Positions 54,438 through 64,000 of a stretch of DNA of 64,000 nucleotides are shown here, in pieces. Made by a program: the position numbers and the translations under genes. Below the pieces are notes generated by a model. It was not told where the DNA came from. It searched no databases and worked only from the letters and a program-made list of their open reading frames with translations. How positions within the stretch are numbered: the first letter of the stretch is position 1; every line of letters begins with the position of its first letter. This DNA is from Haliotis rufescens (Eukaryota), in NCBI RefSeq assembly GCF_023055435.1, contig NW_025964346.1, forward strand, positions 2,108,001-2,172,000, in the 5' to 3' direction.

Positions 54438-54601
54438 TGCAGACCGACAGCCATCAGAAGCATGATTCACNNNNNNNNNNNNNNNNNNNNNNNNNNNNNN
54501 NNNNNNNNNNNNNNNNNNNNNNNNNNNNNNNNNNNNNNNNNNNNNNNNNNNNNNNNNNNNNNNNNNNNNNNNNNNNNNNNNNNNNNNNNNNNNNNNNNNG
54601 T
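54438..54601 (+). CDS. Gene B exon(s) interrupted by N-gap 54471-54599 (phase 1 start): (M)QTDSHQKHDS...
   Basis: Acceptor tttgatggtgtttcag| before the gap and donor gt|gtatgt right after it; HQKHDS resembles HNKHGLS in gene A. Confidence 0.5.
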
Positions 54602-54629
54602 GTATGTGTGGGAAAATATGCTTTTTTTG

Positions 54630-55360
54630 AAAATCACAACATACCTTCTTTGACAATCACAACATGCCTTCTTTGACAATCACAACATGCCTTCTTTGAC
54701 AGTCAGAGCATGCCTTCATTGACAGTCTCAACATGCCTTCTTTGACAATCACGACATGCCTTCTTTGATAGACAATCACAACATACCTTCTTTGACAGAC
54801 AGTCTCAACATGCCCTCTTTAACAGATAATCATAACATGCCTCCTTTGACAATCACGACATGCCTTCTTTGACAATCACGACATGCCTTCTTTGACAATC
54901 ACGACATGCCTTCTTTGATAGACAATCACAACATACCTTCTTTGACAGACAGTCTCAACATGCCCTCTTTAACAGACAATCATAACATGCCTCCTTTGAC
55001 AATCACAACATGCCTTCTTTGACAATCAGAGCATGCCTTCATTGACAATCACAACATGCCTTCTTTGACAGACAGTCTCAACATTCCCTCTTTAACAGAC
55101 AATCAAAACATGCCTCCTTTGACAATCACAACATGCCTTCTTTGACAATCAGAGCATGCCTTCATTGACAGTCTCAACATGCCTTCTTTGACAGACAGTC
55201 TCAACATGCCCTCTTTAACAGACAATCATAACATATGCCTTCTTTGACAGTCTCAACATGCCTTCTTTGACAGACAGTTTCAACATGCCCTCTTAAACAG
55301 ACAATCATAACATGCCTTCTTTGACAGTCTCAACATGCCTTCATTGACAGACAATCACAA
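54630..55360. repeat. 23/27-bp minisatellite ACAATCACAACATGCCTTCTTTG
   Basis: Direct reading. Confidence 0.9.
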
Positions 55361-55522
55361 ATAGCAAACATGACAGTACAGTTTATTAATAGTAAAATGT
55401 TTGGGATACTAGTTTGGAATTGGTTTTACAGAGTGAATGCTTTAACTGAATGTAACACTGATTATTGAGAGTTAAATAGTTTATTGCATGTGAAACGCTT
55501 TTAAGTAAATTGTTCCGAGCAG

Positions 55523-55603
55523 AGTGAAACTGTTCAGTGTTTATCAAAAGAAAAAACCCAGCTGATTGAGAGTAGAACTGCTACAGATGAGTGTGAGAGA
55601 GAG
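55523..55603 (+). CDS. Gene B exon (phase 0-0; alternative in-frame acceptor at 55538): SETVQCLSKEKTQLIESRTATDECERE
   Basis: Donor gag|gtgaga; gives C-x3|x2-V-x-FQE with the same spacing and intron position as gene A exons 8/9. Confidence 0.7.
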
Positions 55604-55654
55604 GTGAGAGAGGTAGACTGGGACGAAGGACGTTGTCCCTCACAGTTCCTATTG

Positions 55655-56497
55655 TGTCTCTCCAGTGTCTCTCCAGTGTCTCTCCAGTGTCTTCTCTCCA
55701 CTGTCTTCCTTCCCAGTGTCTCTCCAGGGTCTCTCCAGTGTCTCTCCAGTGTCTCTCCAGTGTTTTCCTTCACAGTGTCTTCCTTCCCAGTGTCTCTCCA
55801 GTGTCTCTCCACTGTCTTCCTTCCCAGGGTCTCTCCAGGGTCTCTCCAGTGTCTCTCCAGTGTTTTCCTTCACAGTGTCTTCCTTCCCAGTGTCTCTCCA
55901 GTGTCTCTCCACTGTCTTCCTTCCCAGGGTCTCTCCAGGCTCTCTCCAGTGTCTCTCCAGTGTTTTCCTTCACAGTGTCTTCCTTCCCAGTGTCTCTCCA
56001 GTGTCTCTCCAGTGTCTTCCTTCCCAGTGTCTCTCCAGTGTCTCTCCAGTGTCTCTCCAGTGTCTTCCTTCCCAGTGTCTCTCCAGTGTCTCTCCAGTGT
56101 TTTCCTTCACAGTGTCTCTCCAGTGTCTCTCCAGTGTCTTCCTTCCCAGTGTCTCTCCAGTGTCTCTCCAGTGTCTTCCTTCCCAGTGTCTCTCCAGTGT
56201 CTTCCTTCCCAGTGTCTCTCCAGTGTCTCTCCAGTGTCTTCCTTCCCAGTGTCTCTCCAGTGTCTCTCCAGTGTCTTCCTTCCCAGTGTCTCTCCAGTGT
56301 CTTCCTTCCCAGTGTCTCTCCAGTGTCTCCAGTGTCTCTCCAGTGTCTTCCTTCCCAGTGTCTCTCCAGTGTCTCTCCAGTGTCTTCCTTCCCAGTGTCT
56401 CTCCAGTGTCTCTCCAGTGTCTTCCTTCCCAGTGTCTCTCCAGTGTCTTCCTTCCCAGTGTCTCTCCAGTGTCTTCCTTCCCAGTGTCTCGCCAGTG
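55655..56497. repeat. 11/15-bp array CCAGTGTCTCT / CCAGTGTCTTCCTTC
   Basis: Direct reading. Confidence 0.95.
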
Positions 56498-56959
56498 AAA
56501 CGTAAGACCGGGCAACTGACAGAGCCTATCGGATTGTGTGGACGAAGTTTCACACACTATTATAGTGCTGTTATACCTGTTACTTCCTCAAACAAACACA
56601 TTAGGGCTGTGTGTGGTCAGGAGGCCGCTGTATCAACAAGTCAACGCTCGGAGCCCCACTCATGTCCGACCTGATCGGGGCCTTAGCAGGTGACGACCTC
56701 AACACGGCAACACGCCTCGGGTGACCTCCTCATCACAGATACTCCTCGGGTGTGTTGTCCTCAGGGTCGTTGCTAGTCACCCCAACGCTGTCACACAAAC
56801 ACACTAATGAACCCCCTCCACGGGGGTCGACGACATCACAGGGGTAGCACAGGCACTGGGTCACCTTCAGTGGATATGTGCACCGGCCAGGGGCTGCTGT
56901 GAGGAAAAGCTACAATCTACATGAGCTGTCTACATGAGCTGTCTACATGAGCTGTCTGC

Positions 56960-57121
56960 GAAAAATGAAACCATATATCATACAAAAACAGAAATTCTGT
57001 GAATACCAAACTCACAATAGATATGTGTACCATACTCACACACAGGAGTCGCAAAGAGGGACAGGTCAGCCGAAATTGCTTAGGCAGAAGGCGAGCTCTT
57101 AAACACTTAATGCAACAACAA
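56960..57121 (+). mobile_element. Possible 162-bp retroposed fragment with short (CAA)n tail between 21-bp direct repeats
   Basis: CTGTCTACATGAGCTGTCTGC at 56939-56959 and 57122-57142; lies in a small 13-bp tandem array, so the TSD is ambiguous. Confidence 0.45.
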
Positions 57122-57246
57122 CTGTCTACATGAGCTGTCTGCATGAGCTGGCTATATGAGTTGCACTCGCTCGCTCACTCACTCACTCACCCACCCACTC
57201 ACTCACTCACTCACTCACTCACTCACTAGAGATTTATATTTTTCAG

Positions 57247-57375
57247 GGTTCTGTCCGATTCCAAGAATCTGATGATTTCCGAGTGGTTCTGAATGTGACG
57301 GCGCCGTCCCTGCAAGATGCATACAGCGTCCAGGCAGACCTGGTACCTCACCGCAACACCCTGATGCTGCAGGTG
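57247..57375 (+). CDS. Gene B exon (phase 0-0), end of module copy 2: GSVRFQESDDFRVVLNVTAPSLQDAYSVQADLVPHRNTLMLQV
   Basis: Acceptor tatatttttcag|, donor gtg|gtatgt, 129 nt open, GC-rich codons. Confidence 0.9.
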
Positions 57376-57449
57376 GTATGTGGAAGAGCTTGATGTCACA
57401 TGTCACAACAGTACATGACACCATGTCACATGACAGGACATGACACCAT

Positions 57450-59198
57450 AGATGGACTGTAACACAGGAGGACTGTAACACAAGTGGACTGTAACACAGG
57501 TGGACTGTAACAGGTGGACTGTAACATGTGAACTGTAACACAGGACTGTAACACAGGACTGTAACAGCTGGACTGTAACACAGATGGACTGTACCACAGG
57601 TGGACTGTAACAGGTGGACTGTAACAGAGGTGGACTGTAACACGTGGACTGTAACACAAGAGGACTGTAACAGGTGGACTGTAACATTGGACTGTAACAC
57701 AGGACTGTAACAGGTGGACTGTAACACAGGAGGACTGTAACAGGTGGACTGCACCACAGGCGGACTGTAACATAAGACTGTAACAGGTGGACTGAAACAC
57801 AGGACTGTGACACAGGACTGTAACAGGTGGACTGTAACAGAGGTGGACTGTAACAGAGGTGGACTGTAACATGTGGACTGTAACAGGTGGACTGTAAAAA
57901 CAGGTGGACTGTAACAGAGGTGGACTGTAACAGGTGGACTGTAACACATGGACTGTAACAGGTGGACTGTAACAGAGGTGGACTGTAACAGAGGTGGACT
58001 GTAACACGTGGACTGTAACAGGTGGACTGTAACAGAGGTGGACTGTAACACGTGGACTGTAACACGTGGACTGTAACAGGTGGACTGTAACAGAGGTGGA
58101 CTGTAACACGTGGACTGTAACAGGTGGACTGTAACAGAGGTGGACTGTAACACGTGGACTAACACAAGAGGACTGTAACAGGTGGACTGTAACATTGGAC
58201 TGTAACAGGTGGACTGTAACACAGGAGGACTGTAACAGGTGGACTGTATCACAGGACTGTGACACAGGACTGTAACAGGTGGACTGTAACAGAGGTGGAC
58301 TGTAACACAGGAGGACTGTAACAGGAGGACTGTAACACAGGACTGTAACAGGAGGACTGTAACACAGGAGGACTGTAACAGGAGGACTGTGACACAGGAC
58401 TGTAACAGGGGGACTGTAACACAGGGGGACTGTAACAGGAGGACTGTAACAGGAGGACTGTAACAGAGGTGGACTGTAACACAGGTGGACTGTAACAGGT
58501 GGACTGTAACAGAGGTGGACTGTAACACAGGACTGTAACAGGTGGACTGTAACACAGGACTGTAACAGGTGGACTGTAACAGAGGTGGACTGTAACACAG
58601 GTGGACTGTAACAGGTGGACTGTAACAGAGGTGGACTGTAACACAGGACTGTAACACAGGACTGTAACAGGAGGACTGTAACACAGGAGGACTGTAACAG
58701 GAGGACTGTGACACAGGACTGTAACAGGGGGACTGTAACACAGGGGGACTGTAACACAGGGGGACTGTAACAGGAGGACTGTAACAGGAGGACTGTGACA
58801 CAGGACTGTAACAGGGGGACTGTAACACAGGGGGACTGTAACACAGGGGGACTGTAACACAGGGGGACTGTAACACAGGACTGTAACAGGGGGACTGTAA
58901 CACAGGGGGACTGTAACACAGGACTGTAACAGGTGGACTGTAACACAGGAGGACTGTGACACAGGACTGTAACAGGTGGACTGTAACAGAGGTGGACTGT
59001 AACACAGGTGGACTGTAACAGGTGGACTGTAACAGGTGGACTGTAACACAGGTGGACTGTAACACAGGAGGACTGTAACAGGAGGACTGTAACACAGGAA
59101 GACTGTAACACAGGAGGACTGTAACAGGAGGACTGTAACACAGGTGGACTGTAACACAGGAGGACTGTAACACAGGTGTCCTGTAACACAGGAGGACA
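57450..59198. repeat. 12-16-bp array built on GGACTGTAACA
   Basis: Direct reading. Confidence 0.95.
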
Positions 59199-59454
59199 GT
59201 TCAAAGTGGAATCAAACTCAATCAAAAACTCAAAAACTCAAAAACTCACTCACACCTGTTATTACTGAGAAAGTTAAAGAAAAAATTAGTTTTGGATGAT
59301 CAATAGAATTTCTAGTCGTCTCGTTTGCTGTAAAATATATCAACACTTTTCAATACAACTCATGTTGATATACTTGATATAATGTGACACTGGGATGAGA
59401 TTCTGTACGGCCACTTGTTCAACTGTCGCACCCATGATGCTGTTGCTGTTGCAG

Positions 59455-59781
59455 TACAAGATGAGTGTTCCTGGAGGCTTCAGTCTGCTGTGGTTGTTTG
59501 TTGGGATCGCGGCGGCGACATTCCTCGTGTTCGTGTGTGCCGCCATCTACGCCGTGTGCTGGATCAGCTCGGAGCAGTGCATGTACGACCTGGCGGAGCG
59601 GAAGAGCTACGCCAGCAGCAGCCAGCCCGGCATCTACCGCTCCCGCAACAGCATGCAGATGGCGCTGCAGCAGGGGGACATCGCGCTGTTGGCAGAGGAG
59701 GCGGACAACATCCACAACGACGACACGTTAAAGAGAGTTCCAGAGATGCCAGAGGAAGAGGAAGCCGAGGCCATTGAAATG
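59455..59781 (+). CDS. Gene B transmembrane exon (phase 0-0): YKMSVPGGFSLLWLFVGIAAATFLVFVCAAIYAVCWISSEQCMYDLAERKSY...PEEEEAEAIEM
   Basis: Acceptor tgttgctgttgcag|, donor atg|gtagac, 327 nt, strong GC3 bias, ~26-aa hydrophobic helix. Confidence 0.92.
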
Positions 59782-62270
59782 GTAGACAACACAACACACA
59801 ACATACGTACAGATGGTAGACAACACAACACACAACATACCTAGACAACGTAACACACAACATACTTAGACAACATAACACACAACATACGTAGACAACG
59901 TAACACACAACATACGTAGACAACGTAACACACAACATACGTCAAGATGGTAGACAACATAACACACAACATACGTAGACAACGTAACACACAACATACG
60001 TAAAGATGGTAGACAACACAACACACAACATACGTAGACAACGTAACACACAACATACGTAAAGATGGTAGACAACATAACACACAACATACGTAAAGAT
60101 GGTAGACAACATAACACACAACATACGTAAAGATGGTAGACAACATAACACACAACATACGTAAAGATGGTAGACAACATAACACACAACATACGTAAAG
60201 AATGCAGACAACATAACACACAACATACGTAAAGATGGTAGACAACATAACACACAACATACGTAAAGATGGTAGACAACATAACACACAACATACGTAA
60301 AGATGGTAGACGGCATAACACACAACATACGTAAAGATGGTAGACAACATAACACACAACATACGTAAAGAATGCAGACAACATAACACACAACATACGT
60401 AAAGATGGTAGACAACATAACACACAACATACGTAAAGATGGTAGACAACATAACACACAACATACATATAGATGGTAGACGGCATAACAAGCAACATAC
60501 GTAAAGAATGTAGACAACATAACACACAACATACGTAAAGATGGTAGACAACATAACACACAACATACGTACAGAATGGAGACAACATAACACACAACAT
60601 ACGTACAGAATGGAGACAACATAGCACACAACATACGTAAAGATGGTAGACAACATAACACACAACATACGTACAGATGGTAGACAACATAACAAAACAT
60701 ACATACGTAAAGAATGCAGACAACATAACACACAACATACGTACAGATGGTAGACAACATAACAAAACATACATACGTAAAGAATGCAGACAACATAACA
60801 CACAACATACGTATAGATGGTAGACAACATAACACACAACATACGTACAGAATGGAGACAACATAGCACACAACATACGTAAAGATGGTAGACAACATAA
60901 CACACAACATACGTAAAGATTGTAGATAACATAACACACAACATACGTAAAGATGGTAGACAACATAACACACAACATACGTAAAGATGGTAGACAACAT
61001 AACACACAACATACGTATAGATGGTAGACAACATAACACACAACATACGTACAGAATGGAGACAACATAGCACACAACATACGTAAAGATGGTAGACAAC
61101 ATAACACACAACATACGTAAAGATTGTAGATAACATAACACACAACATATGTATTGATGGTAAACAACATACGTAGACAACGTAACACACAACATACGTA
61201 AAGATGGTAGACAACACAACACACAACATACGTAGACAACGTAACACACAACAAACGTAAAGATGGTAGACAACATAACACACAACATACGTAAAGATGG
61301 TAGACAACATAACACACAACATACGTAAAGATGGTAGACAACATAACACACAACATATGTACAGACTGTAGACAACATAACACACAACATACATACAGAT
61401 TGGTAAGATGGTAGACAGCACAACATGTGAAAAGACTGTAGACAGCACAACATATCAACATATATGAAAATGGTAAACAGCACAACATAAGTAAAAATGG
61501 TAGACACGACAACATACATAAAGATGGTAGAAGCACAACATAAGTAAAGATTTAAACAGCACAACGTAAGTAAAAATGGTAGACAGCACAACATAAGTTA
61601 AGATTGCAGACAGCACAACATATCACCATACGTAAAGATGGTAGACAGCACAACATAAGTAAAAATGGTTGCAGAACAACATACGTAAAGACTGTAGACA
61701 CTAAAGATGGTGGACAGCACAACATAAGTAGAGATGGTAGACAGCACAACTTACGTAGCGATTGTAGACAGCACAACATACGCAAATATGGTAGACAGCA
61801 CAACATACATAAAGATTGTAGACAACACAACATCAGTAAAGATTGTAGACAACACAACATCAGTAAAGATTGTAGACAACACAATATTAGTAAAGATTGT
61901 AGACAACACAACATCAGTAAAGATTGTAGACAACACAACATCAGTAAAGATTGTAGACAGCACAATATTAGTAAAGATTGTAGACAACACAACATCAGTA
62001 AAGATTGTAGACAACACAATATTAGGAAAGATTGTAGACAACACAACATCAGTAAAGATTGTAGACAACACAACATCAGTTAAGGTTGCAGACAGCACAA
62101 CATATCAACATACGTAAAGATTGTAGACAACACAATATTAGTAAAAATTGTTGACAGCACAACATAAGTTAGGGTTGCAGACAGCACAACATATCAACAT
62201 ACGTAAAGATGGTAGACAGCACAACATAAGTAAAGATTTAGTCAGCACAACATAAGTAAAGATGGTAGAC
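59779..62270. repeat. 34-bp minisatellite ATG|GTAGACAACATAACACACAACATACGTAAAG grading into a 27-bp form; the unit copies the donor
   Basis: Array starts at the exon end ATG|GTAGAC. Confidence 0.95.
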
Positions 62271-62358
62271 CCCGCAACACCTGAACGATTGTGGATGGCA
62301 CCATAACATCCCTGCCATGAGCTAGCTGAGACTCTACAGTGCCTTCTGTGTGTTTCAG

Positions 62359-63081
62359 GAGGAGCTGAGAAACAAAGACAAAGGAGAAGACTTCACTGAC
62401 CGAGGTGATGAAGCATCAGTCAACATCACTGAGAAGAATCTGGTGAAGAGTCGCTACCACACCCAGAGCAAGACAATTCACAAAGATCTCATCAAGAAGG
62501 GCAAGAGGAAGCGTTTCCGGCGCGGCAAGCCTCACAGCGAGACGTATGACACGGTGATGGAGTATCCAGAGAACTCATCTGAAGGATCCGGGGCTTCAGA
62601 AGCAGATGGAGAAGACAAAGAGGAGGATGGGAAAGGGAAACACGAAGCTCGGGAACACCACGTCATGAAACAGGGCCGAGAGATGACAACCTTCCATCCT
62701 AAGCTGACTCGCTCTGCCGCACCTGACCCAAGTCACAGAGACATGGATCACCCTCAACACCACGCCCCTGCCCCGCCCCACACAGCAGGTGCCACCCCAG
62801 GGGGTGAGGCCACCAGACCAGACCCAGCTGACCCTACTGACCTCACCGACCCAAACTATACCCCCTTCCTGGTGCAGGCCGACGTCCACCAGATCGGTCT
62901 GGCCGCTGAGATCCTCCGGAACCCCCCGGACAAGAGACATGCGGGGAACCCCGGCCATGGCAGGTCGGGCGTGGCTCCAGTTCCGATACCGGTCAAAGTT
63001 CCCCAGAGGAAGGTGGCATTTTCAGATGATGAGAGGAATGATGCCAAGTCCTGCCACGAAGCACTGGAGATATTTCAGGAG
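62359..63081 (+). CDS. Gene B cytoplasmic exon (phase 0-0, 241 aa): EELRNKDKGEDF...KKGKRKRFRRGK...QRKVAFSDDERNDAKSCHEALEIFQE; gene continues beyond the window
   Basis: Acceptor ctgtgtgtttcag|, donor gag|gtatgt, 723 nt open; this frame is absent from the ORF track. Confidence 0.92.
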
Positions 63082-64000
63082 GTATGTTTCAGTTGTGTTA
63101 GGAGATATTTCAGGAGGTGTGTTTCAGTTGTGTTGGGAGATATTTCAGGAGGTGTGTTTCAGTTGTGTTGGGAGATTATTCAGGAGGTGTGTTTCAGTTG
63201 TGTTGGGGAGATATTTCAGGAGGTGTGTTTCAGTTGTGTTCGGAGATATTTCAGGAGGTGTGTTTCAGTTGTGTTGGGAGATTATTCAGGAGGTGTGTTT
63301 CAGTTGTGTTGGGGAGATATTTCAGGAGGTGTGTTTCAGTTGTGTTGGGAGATATTTCAGGAGGTGTGTTTCAGTTGTGTTAGGAGATATTTCAGGAGGT
63401 GTGTTTCAGTTGTGTTGGGAGATATTTCAGGAGGTGTGTTTCAGTTGTGTTGGTTGGGGAGATATTTCAAGAGGTGTGTTTCAGTTGTGTTGGGAGATAT
63501 TTCAGGAGGTGTGTTTCAGTTGTGTTGGTTGGGGAGATATTTCAAGAGGTGTGTTTCAGTTGTGTTGGGAGATATTTCAGGAGGTGTGTTTCAGTTGTGT
63601 TGGGAGATTATTCAGGAGGTGTGTTTCAGTTGTGTTGGGGAGATATTTCAGGAGGTGTGTTTCAGTTGTGTTGGGAGATATTTCAGGAGGTGTGTTTCAG
63701 TTGTGTTAGGAGATATTTCAGGAGGTGTGTTTCAGTTGTGTTGGGAGATATTTCAGGAGGTGTGTTTCAGTTGTGTTGGTTGGGGAGATATTTCAAGAGG
63801 TGTGTTTCAGTTGTGTTGGGAGATTATTCAGGAGGTGTGTTTCAGTTGTGTTGGGGAGATATTTCAGGAGGTGTGTTTCAGTTGTGTTGGGAGATATTTC
63901 AGGAGGTGTGTTTCAGTTGTGTTGGGAGATATTTCAGGAGGTGTGTTTCAGTTGTGTTGGGAGATATTTCAGGAGGTGTGTTTCAGTTGTGTTGGGAGAT
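63066..64000. repeat. 35-bp minisatellite GGAGATATTTCAGGAG|GTGTGTTTCAGTTGTGTTG: last 16 nt of the exon + donor
   Basis: First copy has GTATGT; later copies have GTGTGT. Confidence 0.95.

Noticed and set aside
56621-56900. GC-rich unique segment as a gene B exon
   Set aside because: Phases do not fit between the phase-0 exons 55603 and 57247.
1730-62117. Most other long ORFs in the track (YIVT, SCHPP, MYHSVPC, LDDI, CCLPS repeats etc.)
   Set aside because: Repeat translations in multiple frames/strands, with unit lengths mostly not multiples of 3 and no splice or codon support.

Overview
Eukaryotic (animal) genomic DNA, roughly two thirds of it tandem minisatellite arrays, with two N-gaps. 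The SINE-like repeats resemble ones I recall from gastropods such as abalone; this is unverified. Nearly all long ORFs in the supplied track are translations of minisatellites, not genes. Reading the unique islands between arrays by hand gives two spliced, head-to-head genes around a CpG-rich region at ~21.4-22.4 kb. Gene A (minus strand) starts at ATG 21421 with a signal-peptide-like N-terminus, has about 9 exons down to 3062, and probably continues off the left edge. Gene B (plus strand) has about 14 exons from ~22.6 kb to 63081 and continues off the right edge; it encodes a large Cys-containing ectodomain, one transmembrane helix and a long low-complexity cytoplasmic tail. Exon phases chain consistently, except across the N-gaps and at the unresolved 5' end of B. 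The two proteins share an extracellular module of ~200-250 aa that I do not recognise: one copy is visible in A and two tandem copies in B, so they look like paralogous receptors of an unnamed family. About 11 minisatellite arrays begin or end at, or contain amplified copies of, the splice donors/acceptors of these genes. Also present: a 508-bp MITE with 62-bp TIRs and a 9-bp TSD, several SINE-like copies, and a candidate 8-nt microexon. All gene models and alignments are by eye and need RNA-seq/HMM confirmation.
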